Assembly: GCA_963737155.1 (NCBI GenBank)
Contig: CAVTRN010000001.1
Coordinates: 448,001-512,000, forward strand
Length of the DNA: 64,000 bases
Direction of reading: 5' to 3'
Origin: Nitrospirota bacterium
Lineage (GTDB): Bacteria > Nitrospirota > UBA9217
Shown: positions 21,899 to 30,882 of the stretch, in pieces
Layout: every line of letters starts with the position of its first letter
How positions within the stretch are numbered: the stretch's first letter is position 1
Program-made: the position numbers and the translations under genes
Notes under the pieces: generated by a model
Seen by the model: only the letters and a program-made list of their open reading frames with translations
What the model was told of the DNA's origin: nothing
Databases searched by the model: none

Positions 21899-22258
21899 TT
21901 AGATATATTTCTTGACCGCCTTCAGCAGATCTTCAGGCTTAAAGGGCTTAGTCAGATACTCATCGGCACCCTGCTTCATCCCCCAAAACTTGTCACTCTC
22001 CTGGTCCTTGGAAGTGACCATGATGACCGCAATATTCTTCAGCCGATCGTCGCTCTTGATGTCCCTGCAGACCTGGAAGCCATTTTTTTTGGGCATGATC
22101 ACGTCAAGGATGACCAGATCTATCTTCTCTGATTTCAGTTTGGCTTCCGCAGCTTCTCCATCCATGACTGTCAGGAGAGTATGGCCGGTCGGCTGTAGCG
22201 TCTGCCGAAGGATCTCAAGCTCCGCCAGGCTGTCATCGGCTATGAGTATTTTGGCCAT
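21899..22258 (-). CDS. Single-domain response regulator (PilH-like)
   Basis: DVIMPKKNGFQVCR, TSKDQESDKFWGMKQGA. Confidence 0.88.
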   Translation of the reverse strand: MAKILIADDSLAELEILRQTLQPTGHTLLTVMDGEAAEAKLKSEKIDLVILDVIMPKKNGFQVCRDIKSDDRLKNIAVIMVTSKDQESDKFWGMKQGADEYLTKPFKPEDLLKAVKKYI

Positions 22259-22366
22259 CCTAGTCTCCTTATTCCCTTGAACAATTTGGTAAAAAATAAC
22301 ATATTTCCCTGGTACTGTCAAGTTTGCGTTTTTCCGCATCGTGGCCGCATCTTGCGCCTGAACGTA

Positions 22367-23641
22367 TTATATTTTTATACGAATAAGGTTCACCGAGAGA
22401 AGAATAAACATGCTCTTGACTACGTCGAACTCATCCATATGAAGCAAATCAATGATATTTTGGATGGTACGCCGACCGTCGACGCAAGAGAACACCCTGA
22501 GATCGAAATCACTCATGCCGCGCTTTGCAAGTTCATCGGCGTTTCCAATCATGGGATCGAACACGATATCAAAATGAGGGATCTTCCGCTGGACCAGGCT
22601 CCACTCATCTGCCCGGCGCGCGCCCTCCAGCAAGAGATCATCAACCCTAAACTGAGCAGTACCGGCAAAAACAGGTGGAACCGCCTTTTCAAAGAAGAAC
22701 TCACCTTCCTCCCAGGCCATGACTTTAAAGATTGCCGACTCCGTATGCCGGCGATGGCAATCGGTGAATGTCCTTGCACTGACGATGTTTTCCTGCACAA
22801 GAACCCTGTCAATCGGCTGCGATGTCATGTCGATAATGCTTAGAACGTGTTCAATGCTGTCCTCTTCGAGACCACAGGCGCGTTTGAGCAAAACCTCCAC
22901 AGCGGACCTTGGCCCCCTGCATCCTGATGACGCTAGGACAACGGCTCCGTCTTTGAAATATACTTCTACGGCATCACCAAGCCGGCCGACAACCAGCCTG
23001 CCAGTCTGGCGCTGAAGTCCGAGCATCTGCAGCACTTCCACTATCCGCACGCTCGCCAGATTGCCCCGGATACCCGCGTTCTTCGAAGCCTCTGAATGGC
23101 CCATCTCTTTTTTTATAAGTTCGGGCAGTGTCTTCTTGACAAATTCATCAAGCACCTGCTCGACAATGGACCGCACCATGGCTTCCATCTCTTCTGCCGC
23201 AGGTGATACCGCTCGCGGCAGGGGCGATGGCCGAAATTCCCGCTCAGGGACCGCTGGGGGCGCCGATTGTTGCCTATCAATTACTTCCCGGATTTTGGCG
23301 AGCAGTTCTTCGGGATGAAAGGGTTTGGTGAAGTATTCTGCAATGCCCAGAACATCAACAAATTTGCTGCCGACCTTGTCGCCCTTCGAGGTGACGAGAA
23401 TGATCGGCGTATTCTTGAAATCGGGATCCTCTTTCAATGTCTTGCAGACCTGGAAGCCGTTCATTTTCGGCATGATGAAGTCCACGAGGATGACAGCGGG
23501 ACGCTCTGACCGTGCCTTGGCAATTCCTTCTTCGCCATCAGACGCGAGAACGACCTGATAGCCTTGAGATGACAGGATCGTCTCAATGAGCCGCTGCACC
23601 GTCGGACTGTCGTCAATATCGAGGATTTTTTCTCCCGCCAT
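22367..23641 (-). CDS. Response regulator REC plus DUF4388-like domain (PilG/PatA-like)
   Basis: N-terminal receiver; GNL...EVLQML...QTGRL, VYFKDG.V, WEEGEFFF, LLLEGARRADE. Confidence 0.8.
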   Translation of the reverse strand: MAGEKILDIDDSPTVQRLIETILSSQGYQVVLASDGEEGIAKARSERPAVILVDFIMPKMNGFQVCKTLKEDPDFKNTPIILVTSKGDKVGSKFVDVLGIAEYFTKPFHPEELLAKIREVIDRQQSAPPAVPEREFRPSPLPRAVSPAAEEMEAMVRSIVEQVLDEFVKKTLPELIKKEMGHSEASKNAGIRGNLASVRIVEVLQMLGLQRQTGRLVVGRLGDAVEVYFKDGAVVLASSGCRGPRSAVEVLLKRACGLEEDSIEHVLSIIDMTSQPIDRVLVQENIVSARTFTDCHRRHTESAIFKVMAWEEGEFFFEKAVPPVFAGTAQFRVDDLLLEGARRADEWSLVQRKIPHFDIVFDPMIGNADELAKRGMSDFDLRVFSCVDGRRTIQNIIDLLHMDEFDVVKSMFILLSVNLIRIKI

Positions 23642-23667
23642 CAATACCCCCAAGTTTAAACCTATTA

Positions 23668-23696
23668 ATACTATCTTGGGTAAATACTATTGTCAA
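23668..23696 (-). promoter_or_regulatory. Sigma70-like promoter of the chemosensory operon
   Basis: TTGACA-17 bp-TAGTAT on the minus strand. Confidence 0.65.
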
Positions 23697-23836
23697 CAGC
23701 TTAAGCGTTCCGCAGATTTTCCATTCGCAGCAGCTATCGCAGAATTGTCTCCGATGCGCCAGTCAAAGCAGCCTAATACCCTGATTATTTACCGAAATCG
23801 TCCGTGGATATCTGGAAAAATTTTTGAGCATAAAAT

Positions 23837-23852
23837 TGTAATCCAGATCACA
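23837..23852. promoter_or_regulatory. CRP/FNR-family-like binding site
   Basis: TGTAA-tccaga-TCACA, one mismatch to TGTGA-N6-TCACA; conserved in the paralogous promoter at 30605. Confidence 0.5.
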
Positions 23853-23940
23853 GAACTTTATCCGGATTATTTATATAATCGTCCAGTTTTGGATCGGGTT
23901 TTCAAGCGGTCTTTACAATTTTCCTGATTTAAAACCTGTA

Positions 23941-24040
23941 ATTCTTCTCTGCTCAGAGCAAACCTGGGAAAACCCAGGGACGCAAAGCAACGGGACTAAT
24001 GAGTCAATCGACTCGATGTCCGCCGAGCCGCCAGAGATAA
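23941..24040 (+). ncRNA. c-di-GMP-I (GEMM) family riboswitch, A20 variant
   Basis: AGAGCAAACCTGGGAAAACCCAGGGACGCAAAGCAACGGGACTAA...GTCCGCCGAGCCGCC in the 5' UTR. Confidence 0.88.
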
Positions 24041-24083
24041 CGATGACGATGTAATGGCGCTTTTGACAGCGGAGGGAAACAAC

Positions 24084-25823
24084 ATGTTAAGAAAAAGCGG
24101 AGTATTGTTCATTTTGCTGGTGTCTGTGCAATTCATCATCTTGTCTGGATGCGGAGGGGGAAGTGGTGGCAGTTTAACGAGTGTGCAAAGTGGAACGTCG
24201 GCTCAGCTTGTGGCCATATCAATAACGCCGACAAATCCATCAATAGCGCAAAATACCGACCTGCAGTTTGTTGCCACCGGCCTCTACTCGGATAATACGA
24301 CACGGGATCTGACAACGACCGCAACCTGGTCAACGTCAGATCCGGTAAATGCCCCGTTTACGGGAATCGGATGTGTGCATGGCAAAAATACTGGCATGTG
24401 GACAATTTCCGCGACTGCAGGAAATGTTTCGGATGCAACTACGTTGACGGTAACGGCGGCAACACTGGTGTCCATAACGGTCACGCCGGTTAATCCGAGC
24501 ATGGCAATAGGGACAACTCAGCAGTTTGCTGCGACGGGAACGTTCTCCGATAACACCACGCAGGACTTGACGACGTCAGTAGCCTGGTCTTCGTCGGCAT
24601 CGTCTGTAGCGGCAGTCAGTAATACGGCAAGTTCAATGGGACTGGTCACTCCCGTAGCCGCAGGAACAACAACGATCACGGCGACATCAGGCGCAGTGTC
24701 GGCATCTACTCAGCTGACGGTAACACCCGCAACACTTGTTTCAATAAACGTTACGCCGACCAATCCGAGTATACCAACAGGGGCAACACAGCAGTTCGTT
24801 GCAACAGGAACATTCTCCGACAACACCACACAGAACCTGACGGCGTCAGTAGCCTGGTCTTCGTCGGCATCGTCTGTAGCGAATATTAGTAATACAGCGG
24901 GTTCAAACGGACTGGCCACCCCGGTTGCCGCAGGAACGACAACGATCACGGCGACATCAGGCGCAGTGTCAGCATCTACTCAGCTGACGGTAACACCTGC
25001 AACGCTCGTTTCCCTTGCAATAACGCCGGCCAATCCAAGCATCGCGCTAGGAACCAACGAGCAATTCAGTGCCACCGGGACGTATTCCGACGGTTCGACG
25101 CAAAACCTGACAACGTCCGTGACGTGGGGTTCATCGACAACATCTGTCGCGGCCATCAGCAACGCCGCGGGTTCAAAAGGACTGGCCACTCCGGTAGCCT
25201 ATGGCATGGTAACGATCACGGCGACGTCAGGGAGTATATCGGGATCAACCAAATTGACGGTATCTACGGCAACATTGGTTTCAATTGCAATAACCCCTCT
25301 TACTTCTTCTTTCCCGACAGGGTCAACGCAGCAGTTTACAGCTACCGGCACGTACTCAAACAACACAACGCAGAACCTGACCGCCTTGGCTACCTGGAGT
25401 ACCTCCAAGGCAGGTGTTGCAACGGTCAGCAACGCAGCAGGCTCGAAAGGACTTGCCACTGCCGTTGCTGCCGGTTCGGCCGTAATTTCATCTTCCTTCG
25501 GAGGCGCTTCAGCAACTGCCTCACTGACAATTACGGCAGCACAGTCTGCACCGTCTACGGTTAGCGTGACACTTAGCTGGGCGGCCCCAACATCGTATTC
25601 AAATGGAACTACGTTGGTTACCGCAGATATAGCATCGTACAAGATATATTACGGAACCACATCCGGAGTATATACGCAGGTCGTCAGTGTTCCAAGTCCC
25701 GGGACCACCACAGTTAGCCAGACATTAAACTTGGCGCCCGGGACTTATTACTTTGTCGTCTCGGATGTGGATACATCAGGCGTGGAAAGTAATTATTCCA
25801 ACCAAATGTCGGGAACAATTTAA
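24084..25823 (+). CDS. Lipoprotein with about 5 Big_2 (Ig-like) repeats and a C-terminal FN3-like domain; putative adhesin
   Basis: Lipobox ILSGC; approx. 90-aa repeats LVSI.VTP.NPS...QQF.ATGT.SD..TQ.LT..V.WSS; LSWAAP...YKIYYG...GTYYFVV. Confidence 0.85.
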   Translation: MLRKSGVLFILLVSVQFIILSGCGGGSGGSLTSVQSGTSAQLVAISITPTNPSIAQNTDLQFVATGLYSDNTTRDLTTTATWSTSDPVNAPFTGIGCVHGKNTGMWTISATAGNVSDATTLTVTAATLVSITVTPVNPSMAIGTTQQFAATGTFSDNTTQDLTTSVAWSSSASSVAAVSNTASSMGLVTPVAAGTTTITATSGAVSASTQLTVTPATLVSINVTPTNPSIPTGATQQFVATGTFSDNTTQNLTASVAWSSSASSVANISNTAGSNGLATPVAAGTTTITATSGAVSASTQLTVTPATLVSLAITPANPSIALGTNEQFSATGTYSDGSTQNLTTSVTWGSSTTSVAAISNAAGSKGLATPVAYGMVTITATSGSISGSTKLTVSTATLVSIAITPLTSSFPTGSTQQFTATGTYSNNTTQNLTALATWSTSKAGVATVSNAAGSKGLATAVAAGSAVISSSFGGASATASLTITAAQSAPSTVSVTLSWAAPTSYSNGTTLVTADIASYKIYYGTTSGVYTQVVSVPSPGTTTVSQTLNLAPGTYYFVVSDVDTSGVESNYSNQMSGTI

Positions 25824-25829
25824 CTGGAA

Positions 25830-25868
25830 TGCTCGTCTCCCTCCCCCACAAGGGAGAGGGAGACGAGC
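25830..25868 (+). terminator. Hairpin downstream of Big_2 gene 1
   Basis: GCTCGTCTCCCTCCCC...GGGAGAGGGAGACGAGC; lacks a U-tract; similar hairpin at about 32897-32936. Confidence 0.45.
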
Positions 25869-27686
25869 GAAAATACGGCAGCAGGACAGCTGCAAACAAT
25901 ACCAGTTGCTCATTATGGCATGAGTTCTCTTCCCTGAACTTTGCATCGCAGTAGATCCCCGCCTTCCTTACAGGCATAGTTCTCTTTACGTGTTTCGAAG
26001 CGAAAAAATTGAATGGAACCTGTCTCTCTTCCGCGGCTGACAGCGCGAGGATGTGACCGACTCTCCCTGGGCGAATTCATTGCCTTCGAGCTTGAAGTCT
26101 AACCCATCTTCCGCAGTAAAAAATTCAAAGTTCCAATAAATCAGTTTCTTAGCTCGCACAATTGGCAAAAGTCGGCACTACATTTTCAACTATCTTCGGT
26201 CTGTTCGGTAACGGCAGCTTGAGTCTCTGAAGAAGCGGCTGTAGGTCCTTCGGCGCCTTGCTCACCACCCGAAGTCTGATTGTCTTATCGCGTGTTGGCA
26301 ACAACACGTCGAGCGATTTTACAATACGCAGTTCTTCGATTAGTTTCCTTGGCGCGCTTCCGATGCCGGAACAGGACATCCAGTGCGAGAGCATCCGCCA
26401 CATGGCGAGTGAGAGGAAACACACAAGGATGTGCGCCTGGGTGCGATCTTTCTTCTGATGGAAGATTGGTCGCATACCAAGATCGCTTTTGCTTATGCGA
26501 AAAGCATCCTCCACCTGCGTCAGCTCGATATAGGTCTTCCACAGCTCCTGCGGATCGCGTTCGGGCCAGTTCGTACGCAAGAGATAGCTGCCGCTTGTTT
26601 TGAGCGCCCAGTTGTATCGTTCTTCGTTTTTGGTGATTGTGATGCTTAGGCGTGTGTCTTTGCCGCTTCCTGTCTCAGAGACCAGGACTTCGTACAATGA
26701 TGCCGCACGGCTATTCCGTTCGAGAAGCCTGCCGATTCTTCGTTCTACCTTCTGCTTATCCCGGAGTTTGCCCGCGCTGGCCTGATTCTGCATTTTTGTA
26801 AGGCCTTCTTCCAACCGGGTGATGAACCGGTTCAGAATCGCTTCTTCCTTCTCTTTGCGTCCTTTTGAACGGCACAGAAGGAACGTTTCTTCGCTGCCGT
26901 CAGGTGACGGGCAGAGCTTGATCTCCACATCGGGCCGGACTGTTTGCCAGTTCTCCATAAGCAACTCACGCTCGAATTTCTTAAGCATGGCCTTGGGCGT
27001 GCCGACCAGATATCGGGCTCCCTGCTCGCGCATATATTCGAGATTCTCTTCACTCACCATGCCGCGATCCATCACCCATATGCGCTCGGCCTTGCCGTAT
27101 TTCGTTGCCATTGTCTCGACCATCTCTTCTACGGTAGTCACATCGGTCCGGTTCCCATCGAAGACTTCAAAGGCCAACGGCAGTCCCTCTTTGCTCGCCA
27201 CAAGCCCGATGGTAACCTGGACACAATCAGGCCGGCCGTCTCGACTGTATCCGCGCTTTGCTTGCGAGTTCCCCGTCATGGCCCCTTCAAAATATGTCGA
27301 CGTGATGTCGTAAAAGAGAAAATCGAACCGTGTCCCGAATAGTTCTCCGTACCGCTGCTGCAGATGCCTGCATAGGGCCTCCTTGTGGGGCAGCAGGGCA
27401 TCAAGTGCCCGGTAGAGCCGGTCATCGTTGATCTTCTCTTTGGGCACGCCCAACAGATCATCCAGTGCAGTTGTGCCATACCAGAAGTCGGCCACTTGGA
27501 GATCCGAGGATGGTGCGCAGAATCGTGCCAGAGCCAAAATGCAGGCCATGATCGACCACGGTACTTCTTCTCTTCCAACCTTGATATGCTCTTCACAAAA
27601 TTCCGAAAGCCTGAGTCTCCTCCACAGCGCAAGTGCAAGATAGACATCACCAAAGGAGCGCAGGCGATCAACTTGCACTCCTTTAA

Positions 27687-29548
27687 CGGATGTTCCGCCC
27701 TCGATATTCAGAAAATCATTTATCTTGCAGCAGGTTAGGCCTTTTTTTGTCCTAAATATGTAGCCACTAAAATATTCTTATTAATTATAATTATATTGAC
27801 AAATTGCTTTAATTATGATATTTAAGTAACCACTATGTACGTCGACTCCTCTACCGTGAAGCAGGGAAACAAATCCTACACCCGCTATCTTCTCCGGGAG
27901 TGCTATCGAGAAAACGGCAAGGTCAAGCACCGCACGATTGCAAATCTGAGTTCCTGCTCCGATGCAGAGGTTGCCGCAATCAAGCTCGCCTTGCGCCATA
28001 AAGAACAACTTGCCTCTCTCCTTTCCGACAAGATGACTGTGACTCAAAAGCAAGGGCTTTCGTTCGGCGCGGTATGGCTTGTTTATTCGATTGCTCGCGA
28101 ATTGGGGATCGTAGAGGCCATGGGAACAACCAGGGAAGGCAAACTGGCGCTGTGGCAGGTGATTGCGAGAGTCATCGATCAGGGATCGCGGCTGTCAGCG
28201 GTGCGATTGGCCGGGGCTCACGCGGCGTGCGATATTTTGAGCGTGGAGAAGTTCGATGAGAACGATTTATACGACAATCTCGACTGGCTTGCCGAACGTC
28301 AGGCAACGATCGAAGATCGTCTTTTTCGAAAACTGCATGGAGACGGGAAACCGGGGCTGTTTTTGTACGATGTGACCAGTTCGTATTTGGAAGGGACGGA
28401 GAACGAGTTGTCGGCTTTCGGCTACAACCGGGACGGCAAGAAGGGCAAGCTGCAGATCGTGATTGGGTTGTTATGCGATAACGAAGGTACACCGCTGTCT
28501 GTGGAGGTGTTTACCGGCAATACCCAGGATCCCAAGACTGTTGGACCGCAGATTAAGAAGGTCGCGGAGCGGTTCGGGGCGAAGGATGTGACGTTTGTGG
28601 GCGATCGAGGGATGATCAAGAGCGGTCAAATTGAAGCGCTGCATGCGGAACCCTACGGGTTTCATTACATCACGGCTATTACCAAGCCGCAGATCGAAAA
28701 TCTTCTTGCGCGTAATATCATTCAGATGAACCTGTTCGATCAAGCGCTTGCGGAGGTCACGACAGATGAGGGGACGCGATATATACTGAGACGCAATCCC
28801 GTGAGAGCTGAGGAAATGAAGGCATCCCGGGAGGATAAGCTCGCATCAGCCCGTAAGATGGTTGACGAGCGGAACCGCTATCTTGAGGAACATCCCAAAG
28901 CGAAGGTCGCAATTGCGCTTCGCGCAATAAGTGAACGAATGGAACGGCTCAAGATATCCGATTGGGCGAAGGCTTCGGCAACAGACAGGGTACTGTCGAT
29001 AACCGTAAACGCCGATGCGCTCGGGGAAGCGGAAAAGTTTGACGGTTGCTATGTGCTGAAGACCGACCTTCCGGTGGAATCCGCAAGCAAAGAAACGATT
29101 CATGATCGGTATAAGGATCTAACCTTGGTAGAATCCGCTTTCCGTACCAGTAAGACAGCGGAATTGGAGGTCCGGCCCATTCATGTGCGGCTCGCGACAC
29201 GGACGCGTGGCCATGTATTCGTGGTCATGATGGCGTATCGGGTTGTGAAGGAGCTGTCCAGGCGATGGAGGCAGTTGGACACAACGGTGCAAGAAGGACT
29301 CGATGAGCTTTCAACCTTATGCGCCGTGGAGGTTAGTGTGAATGGATCGGTCCGCTATAATCGCATACCGGAACCGCGGGAATCGATCGGAAAATTGTTG
29401 AACGCAGCCGGAGTACGATTGCCGGAGATATTTCCCAGCACAGGAGTAAAAGTAACCACTAAGAAGAAGTTGCCTTCAAGAAGAAAATAGACTGTTTTTA
29501 CAAAATGATGAAATGTTCAAACGCGCCTTTTATTAGGGGGAACATCCG
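27687..29548 (+). mobile_element. IS1634-family element (inner)
   Basis: TIRs CGGATGTTCC / GGAACATCCG; 6-bp TSD CTTTAA (27681-27686, 29549-29554). Confidence 0.9.
27835..29490 (+). CDS. IS1634-family DDE transposase (intact)
   Basis: YDVTSSYLEG, FGYNRDGK, GDRG, VESAFR. Confidence 0.9.
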   Translation: MYVDSSTVKQGNKSYTRYLLRECYRENGKVKHRTIANLSSCSDAEVAAIKLALRHKEQLASLLSDKMTVTQKQGLSFGAVWLVYSIARELGIVEAMGTTREGKLALWQVIARVIDQGSRLSAVRLAGAHAACDILSVEKFDENDLYDNLDWLAERQATIEDRLFRKLHGDGKPGLFLYDVTSSYLEGTENELSAFGYNRDGKKGKLQIVIGLLCDNEGTPLSVEVFTGNTQDPKTVGPQIKKVAERFGAKDVTFVGDRGMIKSGQIEALHAEPYGFHYITAITKPQIENLLARNIIQMNLFDQALAEVTTDEGTRYILRRNPVRAEEMKASREDKLASARKMVDERNRYLEEHPKAKVAIALRAISERMERLKISDWAKASATDRVLSITVNADALGEAEKFDGCYVLKTDLPVESASKETIHDRYKDLTLVESAFRTSKTAELEVRPIHVRLATRTRGHVFVVMMAYRVVKELSRRWRQLDTTVQEGLDELSTLCAVEVSVNGSVRYNRIPEPRESIGKLLNAAGVRLPEIFPSTGVKVTTKKKLPSRRK

Positions 29549-30605
29549 CTTTAACATTGACGGTCGCCCACGACGGGATATCATCGTTTTCGTCAAATAG
29601 CGAAAGAGACGGTGCTGGTTTCCCGTCTAGGATTCGCCCGATCTCTCCCCATCCCACTCGCTCTTCCCGATCGAGGCCGGGTAGCTTGCCGATGGTAGCG
29701 ACGGTGGTCTGGCGCGGCCCCTTGGCAGTACGAATAGATTCTACAAGTGCCCACGACTCGTATTCAGTTCCATTTTTTTTACGACGGCGTCGACGCAAGT
29801 ACATCTACCTTGTTCTCCTCTGCTCGCATTATCGCTGAAAAGAACGAGGGAGGCAAGAGGGTGGTCGGCACTACACGCGGTTTTCAAAGATCACCATTAA
29901 AAAAATCAATAAGTTGGTTGCTCAAACCGGCTCAAAATAGTTTAAAAGATGATCAAACTGCGGAAGATGGGCTAATTCCTCAACCGTCTTTTGAACTGCG
30001 TTCCATATCCTCATCTTGTCTACAGCCCAGCCGAACATTCATTTTACCGATTTTCTCCATCACCCGAAAGGACCCGGGCTGCCCGTAAGGTCAATTTACG
30101 GTATGGTCCAGGAGGGATCCTCTTCTCAGGCTCGATTCCGAGCAGCTTCCGGATTGTATAAAAACTTATGATTGCATTTCTTTCAGAACACCTGTAGCTG
30201 CTTTAACGTCCGCCATCCAATGATAATGGGGATTTCCTATCCTTACAGTTTTTTGTCTTCCCTATGAACCCTTCATCATTATCGCAAGTACATTCAAACG
30301 GTTTTTCCTTTAGACTCATTGCATATTCGCCAAAACCTGCAAGCACCTCCTGAAAATAGTCAGTCAGCAATTGAGGCAAAAACTTGCCAGGGGCTGCAAT
30401 GATAGTAGAAAGATTGCTATTCTCCAAAAAAAATCAAACTGACGATCAAAGTCGATGACGATACTGAGGTAATTCCCCTATTGCCCTCAATGTTTTATGG
30501 TTTATTTCTCTAAAACTATTATTACCATAAAATGAGGGGCAATCTATTGTTACGCCATGCCTCAAGTCTCTCTTTTTCTACTCTACCCAAATTAGCAATA
30601 AATTT

Positions 30606-30669
30606 GTAATCCATATCACAGACGTTTGCCCGGATTGGTAACCCACATCACAGACGTTTGCCCGGATTG
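30606..30669. repeat. 32-bp tandem duplication in the promoter of Big_2 gene 2, containing CRP-like boxes
   Basis: GTAATCCATATCACAGACGTTTGCCCGGATTG / GTAACCCACATCACAGACGTTTGCCCGGATTG. Confidence 0.85.
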
Positions 30670-30739
30670 CTTATATGATTGCTTCAACAAGGGATAGGTT
30701 TTCAAGCGTTCTTTGCATTTTTCTTATTTAAAGCCTGTA

Positions 30740-30839
30740 ATTCCTCTCTGCTCAGAGCAAACCTGGGAAAACCCAGGGACGCAGAGCAACGGGACTAATG
30801 AGTCACTTGACTCGATGTCCGCCGAGCCGCCAGAGATAA
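30740..30839 (+). ncRNA. c-di-GMP-I (GEMM) family riboswitch, A20 variant, second copy
   Basis: Near-identical to 23941-24040; GCAGAGC instead of GCAAAGC; GAGTC/GACTC stem kept with a different loop. Confidence 0.85.
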
Positions 30840-30882
30840 CGATGATGGTATATTGGCGCATTTGACAGAGGAGGGAAATAAC

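Larger units (their letters stand above)
26149..29804 (-). pseudogene. Outer IS1634 transposase, split (29804-29549 plus 27680-26149)
   Basis: MYLRRRRRKK...TVNVK joins GVQVDRLRSF...YDITSTYFEG...GYSRDG...MDRG...VEDAFR in frame once the insert is removed. Confidence 0.88.
26103..29971 (-). mobile_element. IS1634-family element (outer), interrupted by a second IS1634
   Basis: TIRs CCCATCTTCCGCAGT / ACTGCGGAAGATGGG; flanking CTAA duplication (26099-26102, 29972-29975). Confidence 0.88.

Noticed and set aside
29976-30430. Minus-strand ORF fragments beside the IS1634
   Set aside because: Short, interrupted and unassignable.
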